The notes below the pieces were generated by a model that searched no databases, was not told the DNA's origin, and was given only the letters and a program-made list of their open reading frames with translations. Shown here piece after piece: positions 47,556 to 58,300 of a stretch of 64,000 nt of DNA (position 1 is the first letter of the stretch; each line of letters starts with the position of its first letter). The position numbers were made by a program, and so were the translations under genes. The stretch is taken from contig CAWKDB010000009.1 of the NCBI GenBank assembly GCA_963848295.1, forward strand, positions 16,682-80,681, written 5' to 3'. This DNA comes from an uncultured delta proteobacterium. GTDB taxonomy: Bacteria > Myxococcota_A > Polyangia > Haliangiales > Haliangiaceae.

Positions 47556-48125
47556 CTACGCGCGATCGTCGGACTCGTCCGCGTCGGCTACGGGGTGGAT
47601 CAAGATCACGTCGCACGGAGGTGTCGCGGCGCGTAAACGCTCCATCACAGCGTCTGGCAAGAGGTCGTACTTGACGGCGAGGTATGCGCGGCCCGGACGT
47701 TCTCCTCGTGGCGCGATTGCGTGCTCACACACGGCATCGGCGTCGGAGAGATCTGCAACGCCCTGCTCGAAGACGTCGGCGAGCGCCCTGAACGCATCAT
47801 TGGCGCTCGTTCCCGCGTGCGGTGTGTACCCGATGATCACCACGTAGCGACCCCCGTCCTCCTCGATCCGTTCGCCGATCTCCGAGTACGTGGCCCCCTC
47901 GCCGTTCCACGTCAGGCGCTGACCATCGACTGGCGTAACGACGATGACGTCGCCCCACGTCGGCTTGGCGTGCATGAATGGCACGTTGATCAGACGAACA
48001 CGTCGACTTCCGGTTGGTGCGCCCTCAGCCGGGCCGAGGTCGATGGCCCACGGTGTCTCGACATCATCACCTTCGTTCTCGAGACAGACCTTGATCTTCG
48101 GGCTCTCGCTCCCCACGTGCATCAT
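47556..48125 (-). CDS. DUF4265-like protein
   Basis: ETPWAIDLG...VRLINVPFMHAKPTWGDVIVV resembles the E.LWA...L.N.PF...GD.V pattern of DUF4265. Confidence 0.55.
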   Translation of the reverse strand: MMHVGSESPKIKVCLENEGDDVETPWAIDLGPAEGAPTGSRRVRLINVPFMHAKPTWGDVIVVTPVDGQRLTWNGEGATYSEIGERIEEDGGRYVVIIGYTPHAGTSANDAFRALADVFEQGVADLSDADAVCEHAIAPRGERPGRAYLAVKYDLLPDAVMERLRAATPPCDVILIHPVADADESDDRA

Positions 48126-48325
48126 GGTGCATGGTCCGACGCCGACCGGCCACACCCGCCCGGGGTATCAAGCCCAAACAGCAGGCCCTGCGCGAAACGT
48201 GTTCAGACGTGCCGTCTCGTGTGCGCGTGAACAGACGGACGTGATGCCGCAGCGAAATGCTGCAGCTCGCCAGCCAAGTTCTTCTTCCGAACGCCAACCT
48301 GTTTTCACGTGTTAGCTTCGCTGAA

Positions 48326-51040
48326 ATGGGCGGTGAGAGGGTCGATAAGTCCGTAGATGCCCAGGGACCGGGGAAGCATTCCGAGTCCCACACCGAGGGT
48401 GGTGCTGGTGTGGCTGCGCTCGACCATCTCCTGAAGTCTGGCGGCATACCGCCGGTCGCGTCGGTCGGCGCTTTGATCCAAAAGTACCCGGCTGATCGGC
48501 ACGCGATGCTCTTGAGCCTCCATCGATCGCTGGGCAACCAGTACGTCGGCGAGGTGGTGAAGAACATCGGTCAGGAACATGCGAGCGGCGCCCCTCCATC
48601 GCTTGCTAAAGAGATCGCCGGCGTGCAAGCAAGCATGGCCAGCGATCAACAGATCCGCACGGTCCTCTTGCCTGCGTTCAAGAAGGCCGTCGCCGTGCTT
48701 GATTCGGCGCGGCAGCCGAGCTCGCGACGCACATTGTCCTGAACTTCAAGCGCGCGCAGGCGGCGCATCTTGCGGCGAAGAGCAAACTCGAATTCGGTCA
48801 GCAGAACGCGCTCACGTCCACGCCTGGATCGCCGGTCGATGACGCTGGCGGAGAGGCTCGTTTGCTCGACCTGCGTTTGAACGACGCGATCCTCAACGTC
48901 GACCTGATCCCCCTCGCGGCAGATCTCTTGGTAGGGCTGGCGCCCCAGACCTTCAATGGCCAGCCGGTGATGTTCCGGAACGACCATTCCGCGATTCGGC
49001 ACCGACCTCGTCGACCATATCGTCAACGAGGCCACCACCACCGTGCAGTTGGTCAACGTTGCTCGTCGGGCGCTGGAGATGGCAAACGCCACCGCCACGA
49101 GCTGCGCGCCACTTACGGCCGAACAACGCGAGAAGATCGTTTCGCTGATCGAACCCTTCAAGACCCGGCCGGTGAACCTTGCGTTCTTGATGCGTGCGAT
49201 TGGACCGGGGCTCGCTTCGGAGTTGATGGATACGAAGGGAACCTCCGGCAAGGCTCTCAAGACGACGGTCGCCGCGACGGAAGCGCAAGCCAAGGTGTCT
49301 GGGACGCTCAACGACGTCGGAGACTTCAACGCTGAAGACGCCGCAAAGCTGCTTCCCGGCGATAGCGACGAACAGCGTGCGTATGGAATCCTCCATATGG
49401 GAGACGCGCCTGCGTCGAAGATCTTCGACCAGATCGCCAGCGCGAGCCCCGAGGCGCGTGGCCCGATCATTCGGCAGCTCGCGAAGATGAACCGGCTGGA
49501 TTTCTTTTGTGACCACATCCCGCTTGTGCAGAGACAAGCGCTAGCTCGCGAGGTGGATCGTTATGATCCGCAGGCCGCATCTCTCTTGCACGCGGACGAC
49601 GAGAACCACGGCCAGTCGATCAACCAGCTGTACATGACCGGGGTCGACGACCAGCTTGAAAAAGGGAACACCGGCCGCGCATTCGGATTGTTCCTGCTCA
49701 AACGCGTGCACAACATGACCAGCGGTGGGTTCGTTGACAGTGCGTCGGAAGTCGAGGAGCAGCACAATGCGGGTCTGACGACGAATGACCAGCGCAGCGC
49801 GGGTATGACGAAGGCGCTCGGAAAGGCAGCGGCGGTTACGGGCGTCGGCGCAATGACCGGAGGTCTGGCAGGTGAAGCCCTCGCAGGTGCTGCAGGGCCG
49901 CTCGATCAGATGCTCTTCAAAGGTGCTTCGACGCTGGTCGGTGCCGGTGGTGGTGGTTTCGCTGGAGGTGTCGGTGCGCACTTCGCGGGCGATGCATACG
50001 ACCACGCAGTGAACGGCAAGGAAGGCTGGGACTCGGCTTCTGACTATCTCGAGTCTGGCGCAATGGGCGCAGGGATGGGTCTTGCCCTCGCCGGAGTCGG
50101 TCTGACGGCGTCCAAGTTCATGCCGGAGCAAGCCCGGACCATGGCGTCGGTCTATGCCGAGCGATACCCGAGAATGACGGCGCTACTCGAGGAAGCCCGT
50201 CAATTCGGTGTCAGCAGCCGCGAGATGGTAGGAGGGGCAGGACGGGCCGTCGGACAGCAGGTGGTGATGACCTGGAAGCAGGTCCAGGACATGGTCCAAA
50301 GCGGCGGAATGCAACTACAGCCGGCGACTGCTCGCGCCAGCTCGGGTGCTGACGTTCCGACATCGTCAATCGATCCAGACGCGCGCGTACGGCTAACCGT
50401 CAAGCCGCTCAAGAACCTGAATGCACCGATGCAGATGGCTGGAGGCACCCAGGAGATAGGGGGAGCGGTTTTCGGGATCGAGGATGTCGAGCTCGACACT
50501 GATCTCGGATACGGGAACGTCGGCTACGACGAGGTCGACGCGTCGATGTACGGCGAGAGTCTGGAAGAAACGGCGATGAACGAGCGACAAGGTCGCGTGG
50601 CTGGGCTCTCGAAAGAGGGTGGAGCCTTCGACGAGCACCACGTCTGCCCGCAGGAAGAGCGCGCCTGGTTCAACGAACGCGGCATGGACGTCGACGATTA
50701 TGTCGTGGACCTGCGGCCCCCTGACCACCAAGCTCAACATGGTGGCGGAGACTGGAAGCTGGCTCGCAAGGTCGCGGCAGACTCCAAGGCGCGCGCGCGG
50801 AACGGCCAAGAGCGGCGGCCAGAAGGATTCAGCAGCGAAAAGGGATTCCGACGGCTCGACTGGAAGCATTGGAACGCCGAGGTGATGGAACGCCTCAAGA
50901 CGCAGGAAGCGCGCTTGCGGGTTCGTACGAACAATCCGAGCCTGCTCTTGACGCAGGACGAAATTCTAGACGTCGTGCAGGGGTTGATGCGAGAGCGCGG
51001 CATCGACCTACCGATGCATCGTTACGGGAGGCGGCAGTGA
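48326..51040 (+). CDS. Polymorphic toxin (~900 aa, frameshifts near 48710 and 48990) with C-terminal HNH-like DUF2380/TIGR02269-type nuclease domain
   Basis: N-terminal LHRSLGNQYV, Gly/Ala-rich hydrophobic helices, C-terminal EHHVCPQEERAWFNERGMDVDDYVVDL...HQAQHGGGDW...WNAEVM. Confidence 0.75.
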
Positions 51041-51505
51041 CCGATTGGCAAGACGAGCGCGAGGCTTCGGGCGAACGTGCTCGCGAGATGCTCGTGGCTG
51101 CTGGTGTTTCCAGCGCGATGGAATTGGTTCGTCGTGATCCGAGCTCTAGCCTTGTGGAGATTGCGACGCGGGTCCCTGGGCTGACCGCCTGGGGATGTGT
51201 CGCGGCTCCTCCGTCTCGAAGTTCGCCCATCGGACTTGGAGTGGCTTGCTCGCCGAGTTCTTGTGGGCGAACTCAGGGCGGCGTTGGGTAACGCCGGATG
51301 GGCGACGGAGAAGACGCGAGCGAACGTTTCTCGCTATCTTCGAGCGTTCGGTTCTTGGGAGGGGCTCATCGGCCGAGACCTCCAGCCGCGGTGCAACGCC
51401 GTGCTCGAGCGACTCGAGTCAATCTCACCACCCGAGGGATGGTCACCGCTCGACGTCGAAGATGCCCTCCTTGCACGCGCCTTCGAGGCTTGGACCGACA
51501 TCTAA
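51037..51505 (+). CDS. Cognate immunity protein (frameshift near 51195)
   Basis: GTG overlaps the toxin stop (GTGA). C-terminal PPEGWSPLDVEDALL resembles, from memory, the partners downstream of myxobacterial DUF2380 toxins. Confidence 0.65.
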
Positions 51506-51610
51506 CCGCCGAATCCCGATCGGGACCTGTACCGTCTGGCGCGCGAATCACGATGCCGCAGCGCTGATAGCCGGCCTGGAGAAACAAAGTGCCAGCCAAA
51601 TCGCAGCTCC

Positions 51611-51660
51611 AAGATCGGCTCATTTTCTTCTCCCCGTTTTCTCCCTGAGCCGACCATCTT
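51611..51660 (+). repeat. Right-arm tandem 11-bp sites enclosed in an inverted repeat
   Basis: TTCTTCTCCCC-GTTTTCTCCCT (51625-51646) flanked by AAGATCGGCTCA...TGAGCCGACCATCTT. Confidence 0.6.
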
Positions 51661-51739
51661 CGAGGAGGAATTCACATCGTCAACGTTGAGCGCGTTGCAG
51701 AGACCCGAACGATGTTGAGCACATCGCAGCGCAGGTCCG

Positions 51740-51785
51740 TCGACAAGATGAAGAAGTACGGCTTGGGACCGAAGAGATAACGCGG
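51740..51785 (+). repeat. att direct repeat, right copy (46 bp)
   Basis: TCGACAAGATGAAGAAGTACGGCTTGGGACCGAAGAGATAACGCGG, encoding the same [16 protein letters not shown]. Confidence 0.9.
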
Positions 51786-51804
51786 AGTTGGCCGCTCGCC
51801 TGGC

Positions 51805-51826
51805 GCTTGTATCCCGCTTGTCTCCT
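51805..51826 (+). repeat. Diverged tandem 11-bp arm-like sites of a putative second island
   Basis: GCTTGTATCCC-GCTTGTCTCCT, followed by sequence similar to 25715-25758 (TCTCCTTTCGGG...CTTGCGAGC...TGTTTC). Confidence 0.55.
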
Positions 51827-51893
51827 TTCGGGCTTCGCCGCGCTCCTTGCGAGCGATGTTTCTCGGCCGGCTTTTCGGGCCACGCTGACCGTC

Positions 51894-52506
51894 ATGCCGG
51901 CAACGCGGTTCGCGTACGTCATCGAGGTCGTCGGGACCCGTGGCAGCGGACAGGATCGCGCTCGCGTGTTCGAACGCGATGCTGGCATCGTGATCGCGCT
52001 CGCCGATGGTGCCGGCGGCACCGCCAATGGAGCCCAGGCAGCGGATGCGATCGTCGAAGCGGTCGGCGCGGCCGGTCCTGACGTCGACTGGTCCATGCGC
52101 CTCCTCGAGCTCGACCAAGATGCGAAGCGGTTGGGTGGCGGTCAGAGTACGGCGGTCATCCTGTCGGTCTCCGCCACCGGAATTGTCGGCGCGAGCGTGG
52201 GCGATTCCGGCGCATGGTCGATCGCCCGGATCCGACGTCCTCGATCTCACGGGGGGCCAGACTCGAAAGCCGCTGCTCGGCAGCGGGTGCATCCCATTCC
52301 GCGTTGCCACACCAGCCCTCGGAGACCGCACGTTGCTGGTCGCTTCGGACGGATTGCTCCGCTACGCGAAGCGGAGCGAGATCGCGCGTGTTGCGAACGG
52401 CCCCGACCTAGTCGCAGTCGCGCGAGCGCTCGTCGACCTCGTTCGTCTCCCAACCGGCGGCCTGCAGGATGACGTCAGTATCGTGCTTTGCCGACAGCTC
52501 CCCTGA
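51894..52506 (+). CDS. PP2C/SpoIIE-like Ser/Thr phosphatase (one frameshift near 52225)
   Basis: GQDR, ALADGAGG, ASVGDSGAW, LVASDGL, LQDDVSIV. Confidence 0.85.
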
Positions 52507-52548
52507 GCGAGGCCGCGACCGCACGTTGTTACGCGACGATCCGGGAGA

Positions 52549-53358
52549 TCACTTTGCCTTGGCAGCTGCGAGCAGCACCTCGACGTCGCGCGGCGCGCTC
52601 GCGTTGCCTGCACGGTCGATGGCCTTCATACCGACGCGCACGCGCTTGGCGTGTGGCGGCAGCGGGATCGACTGCTGCTGGCATGGCCCTGCGCCGCCCA
52701 GCACGATCACTACGCTAGTGGGTGGCATGCCGACCCCGACGTCGCGGATGTCGTCGTTGGGGAGCATGCTCCTCACATGCGCCGTGGGAGGCTTGGCGTA
52801 GTCGATCGACGCGCCATCGGTCACCCACACCGAGACGAACTCGACGCCCGAGCGGTCATCGCGCGGAGTCGGTGCGGTGATCTCCACACGCGCGCCCTGC
52901 CGGAAGCTGCAGGCCACACTGCAATCGTCGGGTGGCAAGAACTCCGCCTCGATGGAGCCCTTCCAGGTCGGCGCGGTGGTGTCAGTGGTGTCGGTCGTGT
53001 GGAACCTGGAATACGGGATTGTCTCCGCTCCCCGAAGCAACACGAGCTCGTAGTCGGTGTTCTTGGCGAGCGGCGCAGTGGGAGAGAGCACGAGCGTGTC
53101 GTAGGTGTCGACGTGCAGCTTCTCCGACTTCACCGCGACCGGCTCGCCGTTGATCGGCCGGAGCACGAAGCGCTCCTTCCTCGACGTGTCGGGAACAGTC
53201 CCGGTGATCACGCGCGCGTTGATCGCGACGTCGCGTTGCTCGACGTTGTCTCCCACGCCTTCGAGGGCTGACAAGCACTCGCAGTCGGGACATTTCGCCG
53301 ACGCGCTGGCGCTCACAGCGACCAGTGCGGCACAGAGCCAGAGCCCGGAATTCATGAT
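52549..53358 (-). CDS. Secreted Cys-containing protein with Ig-like (Big_5-like) domain
   Basis: Signal peptide, LVLSPTAPLAKNTDYELVL, DTTAPTW, AIDRAGNAS. Confidence 0.7.
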   Translation of the reverse strand: MMNSGLWLCAALVAVSASASAKCPDCECLSALEGVGDNVEQRDVAINARVITGTVPDTSRKERFVLRPINGEPVAVKSEKLHVDTYDTLVLSPTAPLAKNTDYELVLLRGAETIPYSRFHTTDTTDTTAPTWKGSIEAEFLPPDDCSVACSFRQGARVEITAPTPRDDRSGVEFVSVWVTDGASIDYAKPPTAHVRSMLPNDDIRDVGVGMPPTSVVIVLGGAGPCQQQSIPLPPHAKRVRVGMKAIDRAGNASAPRDVEVLLAAAKAK

Positions 53359-53751
53359 GTAGTCTACGACGTGCGTCGACGACGATCGGCTTCCTGGGAC
53401 GGGAACTAGCTAGCCAGCTACAGTTCCTCGCCCCATCCGGTGAGGCCACCGTCGCCGCCGCAGTAGAACTGGCGCCCGCTCTCGAATGTGAGGCAGTCGG
53501 GGACGGTCGCTCGGCAACCGACGGGAAATATCGCGTCCGGATCGTGCATCGCGCCACCGTCGTGTTGACCCGGCGCGCCCTTGAACCAGACCGGACCGCC
53601 GTGGCACCCGAAGGAGCCCGCCGGTAGGGGCGCGCAGGAATACGTCGTGTGAACCGGTGCGCGGCACTGAAAGGCTTGCGTGTCGTCGCCGCCGCAGCCC
53701 TGCGCCTCGTCATACGCTGATCCTCTCTGCTACTCGAAGCGGAGCGGCGTC

Positions 53752-54015
53752 TGGTCAAGTCCCCTTGTTTGTGTGAATGCCTGACGAGAGAGCACGGGTT
53801 CGTTGGTCATGCCGCGGCGCCATCGGCGCCTTCCCGGATCGCGCGAGCGGGCTCCGGCTGATCACCGCGGTCGCAATCCAGTCACCAGCATCTGGAGCGA
53901 TCGCGTCTACCTCGACATGACCCTTCTCGCGAACCATCACGCCGCCACGGCATGACCAACGAAACCCGTGCTCGTGCTCTCGTCAGGCATTCATACAAAC
54001 AAGGGGACTTGACCA
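53752..54015. mobile_element. IS256-family remnant: two transposase right ends in inverted orientation around a transposase C-terminal fragment
   Basis: 68/73-bp inverted repeats starting TGGTCAAGTCCCCTTGTTTG. The interior reads IGAFPDRASGLRLITAVAIQ/VTSIWSDRVYLDMTLL. Confidence 0.75.
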
Positions 54016-54564
54016 TGTTCCTTGGAGGCGGGCGCACCCGCGGCCAAGGACCATCGACGCGTTCGACGCGATGGGGCCCATCGCACCTTCGTTGATCTCG
54101 GTTGAATCCGCCGCCCCCGAGTCGACATGCGTCGCGGCCAGAGATCGAACAGGTCGAAACTTGCCTACCCTACGAGGCCAAGGCGTGTGAGAAGCCAGTC
54201 TCTCCACCGCCAAATGGGTACCGCCAGTTGGCGACGGTTCGTGAACTCGTGAGGGACGCCGACTACACGAAGGGCTGTCGACGGCACCCACAACTCGTCT
54301 GGCGCAGGCTTCCGCCATGACCAAACGGCGCGCCCACTGATGCCACTCGGCTTTCTCATTGGATGACGCCCTGCGAAATCCCGACGCGCTCGAAGGGGGC
54401 CGCCTGCTCTTCGTCGGTATCTGACTCCTGCCAGTTCATCGATATCGTCTTCGCATCACTACCGGCGGCCGTCGTGAAGTACGACAGGTCACTGAAGCTG
54501 ACAAAGTCTCCGATCTGGTCTGCATCTGGGAACGATTGGTGCTCAGGAAATCCTGAGACGACTA

Positions 54565-54991
54565 GCCGGCAACGCGGTTCGCGCATCTCGTCGAGGTCGT
54601 TGGCGCCCGTGGCGGCGGACAGGGTCGCGCTCGCGTTTTCGATCGTGACGATGGCATCGTGATCGCGCTCGCCGATGGTGCCGGCGGCACCGGCAACGGA
54701 GCCATCGCAGCGGAGGCGATCATCGATGCGATTGGTACGGCCGCTTCTGGCGTCGACTGGTCCATGCTTCTCGCGGACCTCGATCGGGATGTGAAGCGGT
54801 TGGGTGGCGGCCAGAGCACGCTGGTCGCCTCGGACGGCTTGCTCCGCTACGCGAAGCGAAGCGACATCGCGCGTGTCGCGAACGGCCCCGACCTGGCCGT
54901 GGCCGCACGAGCGCTCGTCGACCTCGTTCGCCTCCCGACGGGTGGCCTCCAGGATGACGTGAGCATCGTCCTGTGTCGGCAGCTCCGATAG
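54565..54991 (+). pseudogene. Second copy of the PP2C gene lacking the start codon and ~61 internal codons
   Basis: Nucleotide-level match to 51896-52503. QST joins directly to LVASDG, so the GDS motif is lost. Confidence 0.8.
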
Positions 54992-55370
54992 CGAAGAGCC
55001 GGCTCTACTGTGTCGCCCTGCGACGGCTTGAACAGCGTCTTGAAGCAGCGCTCGGGTGAGTTCAGAACGTCGCGCGGGATCTTGTAGTGCTCGTGTCTTC
55101 GTGAGCGGCGCGTTCGATCCCGTTGGAGTCGAGGCGGTAGATCGATGTGATCGACAAGAGTCTGAGCTGGCGCTGGGGAGACAAGGCCTCGCCGCTGACA
55201 CGCGAGGGAGCAGATTGCAGACGCTGAATCGGTGGCGCCGTTTGCGCACCTCCAGGCGACGCCGGACGAGCTTCGTGCAAACCGTGCCCGCCGGATACGC
55301 GAGCGCCGTCATCGCGATGGCGGATGAACCCTCGAGCCCGCCCAGGCGGAACTCAGCCGGAAGCGACTCA

Positions 55371-58300
55371 CTAACGATCAAGCACCTCGCGAATTTTCCG
55401 GCCGAGCGTTTCCGCCGTGAACGGTTTGTGGATGAACGCGATTCCGGGATCGAGAACCCCGTGGTGGGTGATCGCGTCCTCGGTATAACCTGACAGGTAG
55501 AGCACCTTGAGGCCCGGCCGCCGGGTGACCAACTGGCGTGCCAGTTCGGGACCACTGTCGCCCGGCATGACCACATCGGTCAGGATCACGTCGATCGACG
55601 GCGTGTGATTGAACTGTGCAAGTGCCTCGCCGGCATTCGACGCGAGCAAAACCTTGTAGCCCTGCCGTTCCAACATTCGCTTCGCCAGGTCGCGAAGGCC
55701 ATCGGCATCCTCGACCACGAGCACGGTCTCGCCGGCGGCGCGCTCCGCCACGGCACGGGGCGCTTCGGTCGTGGCGGGCGACCTGCCGCCTCGCGGCAGA
55801 TACACTTTGAATGAAGTCCCTTGCCCGACTTCACTGTAAACGCCGACGCTCCCGCCACAGCGCATGATGATGCCGTGGACCGTCGCCAACCCAAGGCCGG
55901 TTCCCTTGCCCAGCTCCTTCGTGGTGAAGAACGGCTCGAACAGTCTCTTCTGAATCTCGGGCGTCATTCCGGTTCCGGTGTCGCTTACAGTCAGCACAAC
56001 GTACGAGCCGGGCTTCACGGAGAAATGCCGGTTCGCATAGTGCTCGTCGAGGTCGACGTTCGCAGTCTCGATCGTGAGCGTTCCGCCCTTGGGCATCGCA
56101 TCACGGGCGTTCACGGCGAGATTGAGGACGATTTGTTCCATCTGTCCAGGATCGGCAAGCACGGGCGCCGGATCGGGCCGGACGTTGATGACGATGTTGA
56201 CGTCCTCGCCGATGAGACGGCCGAGGATTCCCCGCATGCTCGTGACGACGTTGTTCAGGTCGAGCAGTCGAGGCTCGATGACCTGTTTGCGACTGAAGGT
56301 CAGGAGCTGACGCGTGAGCCTCGCGGCACTCTCGCCGGCCTTGTGAATCTCGTCGATATCCGCGCGGCGGGGGTCGTGCGGGTCGAGGTCCTCGAGCAAC
56401 AGCTGACAATATCCGAGGATCGCGGTCAGCAAATTGTTGAAGTCGTGCGCCACACCACCGGCCAGTCGTCCGACGGCCTCCATCTTCTGCGCCTGGTGAT
56501 ATTGCTCTTCGAGCGTGCGACGCTCGGTGACGTCCAGGGAAATCCCCACGCCGCGCACCGGCTCTCCGTCTTCGCCGAGGTGGATGCGGCCCGCATTGCT
56601 GAGCCAGCGCACCGTGCCGTCGGGCCGCACGGCCCGATGTAGCGACGAGAAGTCTTCGCCGGATTTGGTCGCCTTTTCCAGGGTCTCGAGGAGCGCCGGG
56701 CGGTCGTCGGGGTGAACGCGCTGGATGAAGTCTTCCATCGTGCCGCCAAACGTCCCGGGCGCGAGCCCGTACAGCCCCTCGAGGATCTCGGACATGCGCG
56801 CGACGCCCGTGGTGTAGTCCATGTCCCAGATGCCAACGCCGGCGTTTGTCAGCGCGAACCGCATCCGCTCCTCGGTCGTGCGGAGGGCGTCCAGGGCCGC
56901 GTGCCGCTCGGAGATGTCGGTGCCCGAGCTGAAGGTGCCGGTGACGCGCCCGGCCTCGTCGCGGAGCACGCGGTTCCGCCACTCGATCAGCCGTTCCTCG
57001 CCCGCTTTCGTCAGCACGGGGTTTTCGACGGCTGAGACATCGCCGCTCGTCAGGGCGTCGAACTTCCTGGACAGTGCCTCGCGTACCCTGGGTGGCAGGC
57101 ACGTCTCGATCCACGAGCGCCCGACGAGCTCGGGCTCGGCCCACCCCAGGACGTCGCAACCCTTCCGGTTGATGGACGTGACCCGACCCTGGACGTCCAG
57201 CGCCAACAACATGACGTCGGCCGTGTCGAGGTATCGCTGCGCCCGATCGCGCTCCTCGCGCAGCGCCGCCGCTGCTAGCGTACGATCGGTGATGTCGGCC
57301 CCGGAGCTCAAGGTGCCGGTAATCTCGCCGGCGTCGTTCCTCAGAAACGTCGTCCGCCATTCGATCAGCCGTTCGTCGCCCGATCTGGTGACGATTTCGT
57401 TCGCGACGGGGGAATCGTCTCCCTGCTGAACGACTCTGAGCTTGTCTCGAGTTGCTTGTCGCAAGCGTGCCGGCACGCAGGTGTCGATGAAGTCGCGGCC
57501 AATCAATTCCTCCGCCGTCCATCCGAGCACGTCGCACGCATGCCGATTCACCATCGCGATCTGCCCCGACATGTTCAGCGTGAGCAGGATGACGCTTGCA
57601 GTGTCGAGGTATCGTTGCGCCTTGTCCCGCTCGAGGCGGAGCGCCCCCTCGGACTGCTTGCGTTCAGTTACATCACGGAAGTACCAGATGCGTCCGTAGT
57701 ACGACCCGCCGCCGTCACGCATCGGAGCGGAGTAGCGCTCCAGGACGCGGCCGTCGATCAGCTCGACTTCGTCGTTCGACGCTTCGTCATGGCGATCGTA
57801 GAGCTGTCGAACGCGCTCCACGAACTCTTCGGAATGGACCAGCTTGTCCTTGACGGCCCGAAGCAGCTGGTCATCCGCTTTGGTAGCGAGGATGTCGGCC
57901 GAAAGACCCCACATCTGGGCAAAGCGCCCGTTGTACGACAGCACCTTCGACTGAGCGTCGACGACGAGAATGCCATCCAGGGTCAGCTCTCGCTCCGTGA
58001 GCAGCATGGTCCGCTGAAAGCGCACCTCGTCGTTGGCCCGCTTCTGTTCGCTGATGTCACGGGCGACCTTGGACACGCCGATGACCTTGCCGTCGGCGTT
58101 CTTGATGGGCGACGCTGTGATCGAGACTTCAATCGGTTGTCCTCCTTTTCGGAGACGGACGGTTTCAAAGTGCTGGACGCGGCGACCAGCACGGATCTCG
58201 GCGAGGATGTGCATTTCCTCGTCGTGACGGTCAGCTGGAATGATCCGCAAGATCGACGTTCCCACGATCTCCGCCGCCGAATAGCCGAACAACCTCTCCG

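Larger units (their letters stand above)
25635..51785. mobile_element. Integrative genomic island (~26 kb) inserted in the 3' end of the sigma-54 regulator gene
   Basis: Flanking 46-bp direct repeats, internal tyrosine integrase and xis-like gene, visibly more A/T-rich sequence from ~25.8 kb, defence and toxin cargo. Confidence 0.85.

Noticed and set aside
53752..54015. Retron msr-msd (a1/a2 inverted repeats) or other structured ncRNA
   Set aside because: There is no reverse transcriptase in the window, and the spacer and arms are explained as IS256 transposase ends.
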